Shown here piece after piece: positions 7,662 through 16,224 of a DNA stretch of 64,000 nucleotides (position 1 is the stretch's first letter; each line of letters opens with the position of its first letter). The stretch is from a virus: positions 24,246 through 88,245 of IMG/VR virus record IMGVR_UViG_3300044710_000107; one strand, given 5' to 3'. Both the position numbers and the translations under genes were made by a program. The notes under the pieces were generated by a model. The model ran no database searches and was not told where the DNA came from. It saw only the letters and a program-made list of their open reading frames with translations.

Positions 7662-9366
7662 CGCGCTGCCTCCCGAGCTGCTGGACCAGCGGCTCGCCAT
7701 CGTGGGCAAGACCGGCTCGGGCAAGAGCTTCACGGCCTGCGGTGCGGTGGAGTGTCTACTGGACCGCGGTGACCGCGTGGCCATCGTGGACCCCACTGGT
7801 GCTTGGTGGGGACTGCGGTCGAGCGCCGATGGGGCGCAACCGGGTTTCCCGGTCGTCGTGTTTGGCGGCGAGCACGCCGATGTTGACCTGCTGGAGACCA
7901 TGGGCGCACCTCTCGCGCGCCTGATCGCCAGCGGCAAGGTGGACGCCTGCGTGATCGACGTGTCGGGCCTCGGCACCCATGCGGCGCTACGGCGGTTCGC
8001 CACAGCGTTGCTCGAAACCCTCTATGCAGAGAACCGAGAACCGCTGCACCTGATCGTCGACGAAGCCGACATTTTCGCGCCGCAGAGGCCCCAGCGTGAC
8101 GGCCTGCGCCTGCTGGGCAGCATGGAGGAAATCGTCCGCCGCGGCCGCAAGCGCGGGTTCGTCCCCTGGCTGATCACGCAGCGGCCGGCCGTCGTCCACA
8201 AGGATGTGCTGAGCCAGGCGGACGTCATGGTCGCGATGAAGCTGACCCTCGCGCACGACCGGGACGCGATCGGCCGCTGGATCGAGGGGCAGGCCGACCG
8301 TGAGCAGGGCAAGCGGATCCTGGGGGATCTCCCGACACTGCCGCTCGGGACCGGCTACGTCTGGGCCCCCGGCGACGGCATCCTGGAGCGCATGGCGTTT
8401 CCGCGGATCAGGTCGTTCGACAGCTTCGCCACTCCAAAGCGGGGCGACCGCGCGGCGGCTCCCCGCACCCTCGCGGAGGTCGACCTGACCGCCATCACGG
8501 CGGCGCTGGAGGCTGATGACGATGAACATTCCGCAAAACGCGGAAAGTCCAAAAGCGCACCTATCGTTGCCGATCCGGCTGCGATCGATGCGGCCCGCGC
8601 CGAGGGATATCGAGACGGCATGATCGAGGGCGCGCGGGTCCAACGCGCTACCGACGCGGAGAAAATGCACGCCATGGAGAAAGCGATGCAGGCTGCGCTC
8701 GGCTATCTCGCCCCCTACGTCCGCACCGAGGCTGACGGCACGCGGATCATCGATGTCCGAGAACCGTCGGTTCTCACCATCGAAGCTGATCTCGGCGCCG
8801 CGCCGATCGGCCGCCCGGTTCCAGATCGCGCCAGCGGAAATGGTGCCGCGCCGCCGCGTCAGCGCCGCCCCGTCCAGGTAGCGCCATCCGGAGCCGGCGA
8901 TCTGAACTCGGCCGCCCGGAAACTCCTGACCGCATCGGTCCAGCACGCACCGGCGAAATTCACCTGGGGACAGCTCGCCACGATCGCGGGCCTAAAGCCA
9001 TCCGGCGGCCACTTCAACACCGGCCGCAAGCAACTTCTCGATGCCGCGCTGGTCGACGATCCAGGCGACCTGGTGCGCCCGACAGCGGCCGGCGTAGCGG
9101 TGATCGGGGAAACGCCGCCGGCGCCGTCCAGCGCGGCCGAGCGGCTTGCCATGTGGTGCAGCCGCCTACCGTCACCGGCACCCGACATGCTGCGCGCCCT
9201 GGTGCGGCACGGCCCCAGGTTCATCGATCCGGCCGACCTCGCCGCCGAACTCGGTAAGGAGCCGCGTGGCGGCCATTGGAATACCGGGGTGAGCATCCTG
9301 AAAGCCAACCTGCTGGTTGAGCTGCAGGGCCGCTCAATGCGGGCGGCGTCTCTCTTGCGGCCATGA
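7654..9366 (+). CDS. HerA/DUF87-like P-loop ATPase with tandem C-terminal HTH-like repeats
   Basis: Walker A GKTGSGKS, Walker B LIVDEAD, RRGRKRG, ITQRPA. Confidence 0.85.
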   Translation: MPDALPPELLDQRLAIVGKTGSGKSFTACGAVECLLDRGDRVAIVDPTGAWWGLRSSADGAQPGFPVVVFGGEHADVDLLETMGAPLARLIASGKVDACVIDVSGLGTHAALRRFATALLETLYAENREPLHLIVDEADIFAPQRPQRDGLRLLGSMEEIVRRGRKRGFVPWLITQRPAVVHKDVLSQADVMVAMKLTLAHDRDAIGRWIEGQADREQGKRILGDLPTLPLGTGYVWAPGDGILERMAFPRIRSFDSFATPKRGDRAAAPRTLAEVDLTAITAALEADDDEHSAKRGKSKSAPIVADPAAIDAARAEGYRDGMIEGARVQRATDAEKMHAMEKAMQAALGYLAPYVRTEADGTRIIDVREPSVLTIEADLGAAPIGRPVPDRASGNGAAPPRQRRPVQVAPSGAGDLNSAARKLLTASVQHAPAKFTWGQLATIAGLKPSGGHFNTGRKQLLDAALVDDPGDLVRPTAAGVAVIGETPPAPSSAAERLAMWCSRLPSPAPDMLRALVRHGPRFIDPADLAAELGKEPRGGHWNTGVSILKANLLVELQGRSMRAASLLRP

Positions 9367-9761
9367 GCCGTCGGGCGAAAAATCCTCGCGTCGTCCTCTG
9401 CGCCTATTGCCACAACCCGGCCGAGTTGCTGCCCGACAGCACGCCGCTCTACGGCAAGGATTACGGTCCGGTCTGGCGCTGCGAACTCTGCAAGGCCTGG
9501 GTCGGGGTCCACAAGGGCACGACGCGCCCGCTGGGCAGGCTGGCGAACGCGGAGCTTCGGGTGTTGAAGCAGCGCGCCCACGCGGCCTTCGACCCGATCT
9601 GGAAATCCGGCCTGATGAACCGCGGCGACGCCTATGCGTGGCTGTCGGACCAGCTCGGGATTGAGTTGAAGGACACGCATGTGGGCATGATGGACGAGCA
9701 GCAATGCCTCCTGGTCGAGACTGTGGCCTTGTGGTGGCGCGATGGCAGAAGAGCCGCATGA
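9363..9761 (+). CDS. DUF3268-family zinc-finger protein
   Basis: CAYC...CELCKAWVGVHKGT..PLGRLAN..LR...AH.AFDPIW...AYAWL...HVGM. Confidence 0.85.
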   Translation: MSRRAKNPRVVLCAYCHNPAELLPDSTPLYGKDYGPVWRCELCKAWVGVHKGTTRPLGRLANAELRVLKQRAHAAFDPIWKSGLMNRGDAYAWLSDQLGIELKDTHVGMMDEQQCLLVETVALWWRDGRRAA

Positions 9762-9967
9762 TGGCCGCGAACCAGCGTTGGTCGAAGGATGAACTCGCCG
9801 TCCTGGATGCGAACTACGCCAGGGGTGACAGCATCCGGATATCGGCCCGCATTCTGGGCAGGACCGAACATCGGGTCCGCCAGCAAGAGCTACAGCGCGG
9901 CCTGTGGCGGCGGCAGGACGATCCCCGGCACAAGCGGATGCAACGCGAAAAGGAAACAACGCCATGA
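9758..9967 (+). CDS. small Myb/SANT-like HTH protein
   Basis: RWSKDELAVL...ARILGRTEHRVRQ. Confidence 0.6.
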   Translation: MMAANQRWSKDELAVLDANYARGDSIRISARILGRTEHRVRQQELQRGLWRRQDDPRHKRMQREKETTP

Positions 9968-10008
9968 CGCCCACAGCCCGCGCTCGACGGCTGGCCGATG
10001 GCGGCGCG

Positions 10009-10632
10009 TCATGGGCCGATCGCCCCGGCCTGCACGTCCACTACAATTCCGGCGATCCCATGAGACGTGAACGGGTCGAGCGTCCATCGGCCAAAGTGCT
10101 TGATGCCGAAGTTGCTCATCACCAGCCATGAAACCGCCGGCACGAGCGGCACAGGGTCATCGCCGTGCCAGTATTCGACTCCAGTCATGCCGCTTGCCTC
10201 GATCATATCCCGAAGCTGCGGCCCTGCGCTCCAGGGTTTTTCCCAGCAGACGCACCGGCTCGCCCCTAATAGCACAGCCAACATTGGCGCGATCGCCGCC
10301 CCGCGGCTGTGCCCCTGCACAATGAGCGGTGTCGGCGGGTCGGTGCCGAGCAGCGGGTCCAGTCCAGCGTATAGCGTTTCTGCGCCAGCCAGAAACCCAT
10401 CCTCGCAGACGCCGAGCTTAGGGTGCGTGCGCGCGACCTTTGGCGCTATCTGGAAATCGCTCCACCAACCGGCTTGGTTTGCGGTGCCTCGGACCGTCAC
10501 GACGATGCAGCCGGGATAGCGCCGGATCACCGCGCGATCTGGTCCGGCGTCAACGACCTGGCCGACCGGCACGACGGCATAGCTGTCGGCCTGCAGCAGC
10601 ACCAGGCCGGCATCAGATGGAACGATGCTCAT
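10009..10632 (-). CDS. class-3 lipase-like alpha/beta hydrolase
   Basis: VRGT, GF, GHSRG nucleophile elbow, DPVPLVP, C-terminal His. Confidence 0.85.
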   Translation of the reverse strand: MSIVPSDAGLVLLQADSYAVVPVGQVVDAGPDRAVIRRYPGCIVVTVRGTANQAGWWSDFQIAPKVARTHPKLGVCEDGFLAGAETLYAGLDPLLGTDPPTPLIVQGHSRGAAIAPMLAVLLGASRCVCWEKPWSAGPQLRDMIEASGMTGVEYWHGDDPVPLVPAVSWLVMSNFGIKHFGRWTLDPFTSHGIAGIVVDVQAGAIGP

Positions 10633-10727
10633 TGCGCCTACGCTCCCAAGTCGGCACTATGGGCGGGACCGGCGCCCGCGGAAACGAGCGACGGTCCCTT
10701 GCCACTCACGCGATGGGAGCCGCGATC

Positions 10728-11249
10728 ATGGCCGACGAACAGCATATCGAAGAATGGCGCCCGGTTGAAGGCTGGCCTTACGAGGTCAGCAGCCTTGGAC
10801 GTGTGCGCAGGACAGGCGCATCGAAGGGAACGACTGTCGGAAGAATTCTCAGGGTGCAGACTGACAAAAAGGGATACCTCTACGTTTCGCTGCACCGGAA
10901 CACCGTTAAGAGAAACAAATTTATAGCACGGCTTGTCTGTCGAGCGTTTCACGGCGCTGCCCCGACCCCGCTTCACGAAGTGGCGCATTGGGATGGCAAC
11001 GAGATCAACAATACTCCCGCCAACTTACGTTGGGCAACGCACCAGGAAAATCGCGGCGATGATGCCGATCGTCTTGGGGAACGCCTTCGAGGCGAACGCA
11101 CTCCTTGGTCGAAGCTGTCGCAGCAGTCCGTCGATGAGATACGCGATCTAGCAGCCAAGGGCGTTCTCCATCGTGAGATCGCCGCCCGGTACGGCATATC
11201 GCGCACTCATGTCTCAACGATCAAATGCAGACGGTCGTGGAGACTATAG
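10728..11249 (+). mobile_element. NUMOD4-HNH homing endonuclease (antisense to late operon)
   Basis: EEWRPVEGWPYEVSSLGRVR, ARLVCRAFHG, HWDGN..NN..NLRWAT..EN. Confidence 0.9.
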
Positions 11250-11699
11250 GCCGGCTGGTGACGCCGCGATGGCAAGCGCTGCGGCAATTGCGGCAGGCAT
11301 GCCAGCCGTCGACGCGCCCGCCTGCAAGGTCTGGCGCAATTTGGCGATGCAGCCAGTTTCAAGCGTCGTCACGACGGCATTGAACTGAGGGCTATTCGGC
11401 GCATACAGCGACGCGATCTCGGCCGACGTGAAGATGCCGACTGTTGCGCCTGCGGGTGTCGCGGCGATCACCTTGCGAATGTTGGCGCCGACTGTCATTG
11501 CGGCCTGCGCGCACGCGGCACCAGCGGTATCGGGCGGTGTCGCCGCATTCGCCACAGCGATGGCGCTGGTCAGATCGGCCTGCGCCGTATTGGCGATCGT
11601 CGTCAGGTTGGCAAGCGTCTGCTGGCCGCCTGACGCAGGGGGCTGGACGCAGCCAGCGAGCGCGAGCAGCGCGCCGCCGGCCAGGAGAAATCGCTTCAT
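11244..11699 (-). CDS. lipoprotein (possible spanin/lysis accessory)
   Basis: MKRFLLAGGALLALAGC lipobox; downstream of endolysin. Confidence 0.7.
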   Translation of the reverse strand: MKRFLLAGGALLALAGCVQPPASGGQQTLANLTTIANTAQADLTSAIAVANAATPPDTAGAACAQAAMTVGANIRKVIAATPAGATVGIFTSAEIASLYAPNSPQFNAVVTTLETGCIAKLRQTLQAGASTAGMPAAIAAALAIAASPAGL

Positions 11700-11706
11700 G
11701 GTAGCC

Positions 11707-12033
11707 TCACTTTGCTTTGGGAACCGGCAGCGTGATCGCTGGCGGCAGTGCGGGCGCGGGCGGCAGCGGCAGCCCGGCATCGAGCGCGGCGTCCTGCTGC
11801 GTGCGGTGCTGCGCGATGGCCGGCGGGAGGATGGTGGCCGGCGACTTCAGGTTCGCGATGGCGCTGATGACCTGATAAGCGATCCGATATGCCTTTGGGC
11901 TGGCCGTCGTCGGAACGCCAGCGGTGACGCCGAGCAACGCCTGCACGCCGGATGCGACGGCGATCGCGATCGGGATGTAGACCGCGTAATGCGCGAACTG
12001 TGGCAGGGCGAGGAGGGCGGTGATCGGGTCCAT
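11707..12033 (-). CDS. membrane protein, holin candidate
   Basis: hydrophobic segments, adjacent to lysozyme. Confidence 0.55.
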   Translation of the reverse strand: MDPITALLALPQFAHYAVYIPIAIAVASGVQALLGVTAGVPTTASPKAYRIAYQVISAIANLKSPATILPPAIAQHRTQQDAALDAGLPLPPAPALPPAITLPVPKAK

Positions 12034-12043
12034 TTTCGTCCTC

Positions 12044-12541
12044 TCAAACTACCGCGGCAGTGCCGAAAAAAACCGCTTGTTCAGCCGTGCGCCGATTCAC
12101 AAGCCCCTGCACTTCGACAAGCTGCCCGGTTGCCGGGTCGGTATCGTACACCCACCGCATGAACTGCGCGCCGGCACCGGCTACGTCGCCTTGCAGCCAC
12201 AGGTGCAGCAGAGTCGATCCCTGGAACGCGCCAAGGCCCTCGTTGTAGCTGAACGATGTGCAGGCACCGATCTGCGGCTCAGTCGCACCAGCCGGCGCCA
12301 TGCCGCGAACCGAATCGCACGTCGGTTCCAGCGTTGTGGCGAGCATCGCACGGCCGGTCGGCTCGTCGATCGGCGCCGTATCGGCGGTCACGGGCTGGCC
12401 GTTGATCCAAGTCGCGCCATACCCGATCGTCCAAACGCCGGCGGTGTCCTGGTATGGCGTGGCGCTGAAGCCCTCCCATTGCATGCAGAGATCCGTTCCG
12501 ATGCCCAGCGCCGTCGCTAGGGGATGCGGCGCGCCGCTCAT
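12044..12541 (-). CDS. endolysin, phage lysozyme (GH24)
   Basis: WEGFSATPYQDTAGVWTIGYG (E-8-D-5-T), SFSYN.G, STLL, GLVNRR..E. Confidence 0.92.
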   Translation of the reverse strand: MSGAPHPLATALGIGTDLCMQWEGFSATPYQDTAGVWTIGYGATWINGQPVTADTAPIDEPTGRAMLATTLEPTCDSVRGMAPAGATEPQIGACTSFSYNEGLGAFQGSTLLHLWLQGDVAGAGAQFMRWVYDTDPATGQLVEVQGLVNRRTAEQAVFFGTAAVV

Positions 12542-13548
12542 GTCGCGCTCGTCCAACCGGTCGGCATGGTCACCTTCTTGTTGGTGATATCCACTGTGAC
12601 GACCTCGCCACCCGGAGGCGGCGGAGGCGGCGGAGGCGGCGGCGGTTTCGCCGCCGGCCACGGGTCGTCGGTCGAGATCGCCGCGCTCAACCCGTTCACC
12701 GCAGCGACGAAATCCGCCCACGCCGTTGTCTTGCCGGTGAGCGCCTGATAGTTCGATGCCAGCGCGCCGTCCGGACAGCCGGCTTGCGTGATCTGCGCCG
12801 TCGTGTGGCCGAGCGTCTGCTGCATCCAATACAGATAGACGACGCCGCAGCCGGTCGCGACATCGTCCTGGTCAGTCGGCTCAGTTGAATCTACCCAATT
12901 CGGATAACCAGCCTGCGCCCATGTCGGTCCGGTCGCGAACAGCACCAGCGAGCCGTTTGGCCCACCGCTCGCAGCCTCGGCAAGATACCGGCTCAGCGCC
13001 TCGCCGTTGCTGCCTCCGCAATCCCAGCCGGTTGCCGCATCATTTTCGAAGCATTCCACCAACTCGGCCACGAACAGGCCGATCTCCATCTTCGGGTTGC
13101 CGAATGCGACGGACACATAGATGTCGCCGCCATCGACGAAATCGCAGGCGTAGTGATATGCGCCGCCGGTGCCGTCGGTCTCGCCCTGGAACGACGCGAT
13201 GACGAGGTTGACCGGGCTGCCGGGGGCGTTGAACCAAGCGGCGGCTTCCTTGAAAGCAGCATCGACAAGGCCGAACACGGTCTCGGCCACGGACTGCGCC
13301 TGCGCGCCGACGGTGGGATCGAAATACACGGCCACCAGGCCATCGGGCGTGCTGCCGACGAGTTGCACAGGGAAGTCGAAGCCGCCGGCAGGAACCGGGC
13401 GCGCGTTCGCGAAGGCTGCGGCGGCCGCGGCGTAGGGCCGCTTCAGGTGCCGCGCATGCCGCGCGCCGTATGCGGCCGCCTTCAGGTGCGGATCGGTCGC
13501 AGTCTTGCGCGGCAGGAGAAGGCGTGGCTTGCAGGCGGTGCAGGTCAT
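12538..13548 (-). CDS. hypothetical protein, possible degenerate zincin-like fold, poly-Pro linker
   Basis: GAGGAG RBS; GGAYH, AELVE, NGEALSR motifs; P10 run. Confidence 0.6.
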   Translation of the reverse strand: MTCTACKPRLLLPRKTATDPHLKAAAYGARHARHLKRPYAAAAAAFANARPVPAGGFDFPVQLVGSTPDGLVAVYFDPTVGAQAQSVAETVFGLVDAAFKEAAAWFNAPGSPVNLVIASFQGETDGTGGAYHYACDFVDGGDIYVSVAFGNPKMEIGLFVAELVECFENDAATGWDCGGSNGEALSRYLAEAASGGPNGSLVLFATGPTWAQAGYPNWVDSTEPTDQDDVATGCGVVYLYWMQQTLGHTTAQITQAGCPDGALASNYQALTGKTTAWADFVAAVNGLSAAISTDDPWPAAKPPPPPPPPPPPGGEVVTVDITNKKVTMPTGWTSAT

Positions 13549-13558
13549 TGTTAGCTCC

Positions 13559-13807
13559 TCAGCGGACGATTCGGAGGCCGAAGCCGCCGCCAGCGATGCA
13601 CTCGTAGAGCGCAAACGCCACGATGATGACGAAGATGATGATTGCCGCCACGATCAGGAGATTGATGATCCGCATGATCGGCGGTGTCACGGATATTTCC
13701 GCCAAGCTCAAAATCCACGGCAAGAACACCTTGAGCAGCCCGATCGCGAGGCAGACGAGCACGAGCCAGATCAGGAAATTCTCGATGCCAGCGGCAGAGA
13801 AGCACAT
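13559..13807 (-). CDS. membrane protein (two TM), holin candidate
   Basis: two long hydrophobic stretches. Confidence 0.6.
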   Translation of the reverse strand: MCFSAAGIENFLIWLVLVCLAIGLLKVFLPWILSLAEISVTPPIMRIINLLIVAAIIIFVIIVAFALYECIAGGGFGLRIVR

Positions 13808-13870
13808 GACGGCCTCCATTCCGGGCCACGCTACCACTTCCGGCGCCGAAATGCCACCGCTGGAAACTAC

Positions 13871-14092
13871 CTACGGCTTCTTCGCGGTCTGCGCTCCCTC
13901 CGCTACCCCCTCGGCGCGTGAAGCCTGCGCGGTGACGCGAAGCAGTTCGTCCATCCGTGAGTTGATGCTGACATGCACGTCTTGGATAGCGCTGCGGTTG
14001 CGCCATGAAATCAGGCAGGCGCCGATCGCGGCGATTGCCGTGAGGCCGGTGGATATGGGGCCGATCATGCCGAGGATGTCCGCGCCGGTCAT
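13871..14092 (-). CDS. small membrane protein (holin/antiholin-like)
   Basis: N-terminal TM followed by VHVSINSRMDELL. Confidence 0.6.
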   Translation of the reverse strand: MTGADILGMIGPISTGLTAIAAIGACLISWRNRSAIQDVHVSINSRMDELLRVTAQASRAEGVAEGAQTAKKP

Positions 14093-14095
14093 CGG

Positions 14096-14416
14096 TCAGC
14101 CCGGCGCTCGATCGGATGGTGCGGCGGCCTGCCCGTCATGGTACGGCGGAACGGCTGGACAGATATAGGACTTATCGAGCCTTTTGTTGATCGAGCAAAG
14201 CTCGGCCATCAACTCGCGGTGCGCCCAGTAGGCCGCGCGTTCGTCGTCCTTGAACCGCTGCATGATCGCGCCATAGGTGCTTGTCGCCGTGATCGCGACG
14301 CCAACGACGGCGGCGATGAATGTTCCCAGTGTGGCCGCCGTGGACATCAGGCTGCCGAAGGTGAATCCGCGCCAGATCTTCACGCTGCTGCCGTCGCTCA
14401 TGTCGTCGTTTTCCAT
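14096..14416 (-). CDS. single-TM hypothetical protein
   Basis: hydrophobic segment TLGTFIAAVVGVAITA. Confidence 0.55.
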   Translation of the reverse strand: MENDDMSDGSSVKIWRGFTFGSLMSTAATLGTFIAAVVGVAITATSTYGAIMQRFKDDERAAYWAHRELMAELCSINKRLDKSYICPAVPPYHDGQAAAPSDRAPG

Positions 14417-14454
14417 GCCGGGGTCATGGCATACCAGCGTGACAGCGCTGTGAA

Positions 14455-14877
14455 TTAAGTAGCCGGCTTGGCGATCAGCGACCGCAGCGCCACGACCTCT
14501 TCCGCCGTGAGTGCCGGCACCGGCGGCGGCTTCGGCTTCGCGGCCTCGGCGGCGCGATACTTGGCGATCGCTTCCTGCTTGGTCTTCGCGGTCACGATGG
14601 CCGGCGTCACCTCGTCCATCGGCAGCACGTCCCCGACGTTGGCCGTCGCGTGCTCGATCCACGCCATGTTACCCATCATCTGCGGGCCGTTCAGCATCGG
14701 CTCGGCGAGGGGGGACAACTGCGTCTGCCCCCACATCCGTACGAGCGTGACGGTGCCCGCCGCCACGGGGAACTGATGCGGTCCGCGGCGACCGACGAGG
14801 AACGACTTCGTCGCCACGGCGACGTGCCGCGTCGGTTCGTCGGAACCGGTGTAGTTGCCCTGCGTGTCGAATGCCAT
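14455..14877 (-). CDS. hypothetical protein (possible fibre chaperone)
   Basis: AAGGA RBS; follows the fibre gene. Confidence 0.55.
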   Translation of the reverse strand: MAFDTQGNYTGSDEPTRHVAVATKSFLVGRRGPHQFPVAAGTVTLVRMWGQTQLSPLAEPMLNGPQMMGNMAWIEHATANVGDVLPMDEVTPAIVTAKTKQEAIAKYRAAEAAKPKPPPVPALTAEEVVALRSLIAKPAT

Positions 14878-14882
14878 GATCG

Positions 14883-15569
14883 TTATCCTTGTGACTCTAC
14901 GAAAACATAACCGACCCCGGCGACGGAGGTCTTCCACTCGGCGCCGAGCTGGTGAGGATCGGCGGTTGGCGTGTTCTGGTGGATGATGACGCCATTGGCA
15001 GACCCGGTGCCTGGCCCCATGATGATACTGCCCCCCTGCGTCGAACCGTCACCGCCGTAAAACGACCAGTTACCACCGATGTTGGTTACGGCACCACTGG
15101 CCTTACCCGCTCTGCCTAGGAAGTATCCGCCTTGAGCTTCTAAGGTCGTGGACGGCATCGACTCAAATTGAAGGTAACCGTTTGAAGCATAAGCCGATCC
15201 GATAAATGCCTCATCATTGCCGATAACAAATGAGGATGGGGTGACGGTTCCGGTAGCATTGGTGTTTGTCACCGGCCCACCATATATTCCATCGAGAGAG
15301 CCGCCGACGTTACCCGTGCTACCCTGGGTAACGGAACCGCCATAAATAAAGACCGACCCCGGCGTTCCTCCATCTGGGCCTGCCGCGCCGGCACGCAGGA
15401 GTATACCTAAGCCATCATTCGTCCCCGTCGCCGCCGGCTGGTTAATCTGCCCCTGCGGCCGCTGGAAATTCGTCGCCGTGGTGCCGTCGTTGGTGATGAC
15501 GGCGTCAAAGACGGGCGCAAGTGGCGGGTTCGCCAGCGTTCCCATCGCGGAGATTTTGGTGTCGGCCAT
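14883..15569 (-). CDS. Gly-rich fibre/spike protein
   Basis: MADTKISAM N-terminus, Gly-rich beta repeats, lower-GC core. Confidence 0.6.
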   Translation of the reverse strand: MADTKISAMGTLANPPLAPVFDAVITNDGTTATNFQRPQGQINQPAATGTNDGLGILLRAGAAGPDGGTPGSVFIYGGSVTQGSTGNVGGSLDGIYGGPVTNTNATGTVTPSSFVIGNDEAFIGSAYASNGYLQFESMPSTTLEAQGGYFLGRAGKASGAVTNIGGNWSFYGGDGSTQGGSIIMGPGTGSANGVIIHQNTPTADPHQLGAEWKTSVAGVGYVFVESQG

Positions 15570-15575
15570 CTGCTG

Positions 15576-15773
15576 TTACTCCAGAAGGATTGCGCCAGAG
15601 CCGTTTTCGAGCGCGATGTGGCCTGCTCCGCTCTCAAGCTCGATGTAGTTGCCGCTCGGCGGAGGACCGCCGCCGCCGTTCGGCTGCTGCGCGGCGAGTG
15701 TGATGTTGTAGGCGACGGGCCCATCGCTCCACATGATGCCCTGGCCCAGCGTGACGGCGAGGATCGGGGCCAT
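15576..15773 (-). CDS. small virion protein
   Basis: YIELESGAGHIALENGSGAILLE repeat motif. Confidence 0.55.
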   Translation of the reverse strand: MAPILAVTLGQGIMWSDGPVAYNITLAAQQPNGGGGPPPSGNYIELESGAGHIALENGSGAILLE

Positions 15774-15776
15774 GGC

Positions 15777-16031
15777 TCAGAACAGATTGTAGTAGGCGCC
15801 GACGGTCGCGGTCCCGACCGTCGCCTTGCTGACGGCAAACGGATAGATATTGTCGCCGACGACCGGGTTGACGACGATCGTGGTGCCGCCGGCCAGCGTG
15901 AGCGTCACCGTGCCGGCGCCAGTCGCGGTAATCATGATCGCGCGGCCTGGTGCGCCGGTCGTATTTTCGGTGAGCGCGTAGGCGTTAGTGACCGGAGGTG
16001 GTGTCCATCCGCCAGTGCTGGCGAGCGTCAT
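15777..16031 (-). CDS. head spike base-like protein (RcGTA Rcc01079-like)
   Basis: 84 aa, all-beta pattern AxAxT..RAIxI..G.V...GxT....G..YP..V...GT. Confidence 0.5.
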   Translation of the reverse strand: MTLASTGGWTPPPVTNAYALTENTTGAPGRAIMITATGAGTVTLTLAGGTTIVVNPVVGDNIYPFAVSKATVGTATVGAYYNLF

Positions 16032-16119
16032 GGGGCTGCTCCATCGGGTCGCGGATCAAGCCGAAAAACCCGACCGGCGGACCAAGCGCCAGCCCCACAG
16101 ACAGCACCGTAGCCGGTTT

Positions 16120-16224
16120 TCAGGCGGTTGGGAACCGGTCTCGCAATGTTGTCACGATCCAGACCAAACCGCCGAGCCAGATCGGCAGGTAGGAAACGAA
16201 GATCTCGACGGCGAGTTGCTTCAC
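16120..16224 (-). CDS. 34-aa membrane peptide
   Basis: GTGA overlap with stop of giant gene; MKQLAVEIFVSYLPIWLGGLVWIVTTLRDRFPTA; below ORF-track cutoff. Confidence 0.45.
   Translation of the reverse strand: MKQLAVEIFVSYLPIWLGGLVWIVTTLRDRFPTA

Noticed and set aside
7654-9366. HerA-based anti-phage defence system
   Set aside because: No SIR2, NurA or DUF4297 partner; lies in an ordinary phage early operon
9964-10131. Short plus-strand ORF after the Myb-like gene
   Set aside because: Mostly overlaps the lipase antisense; at best a truncated remnant
14883-15569. Diversity-generating retroelement target
   Set aside because: No reverse transcriptase or template/variable repeat pair seen in the window
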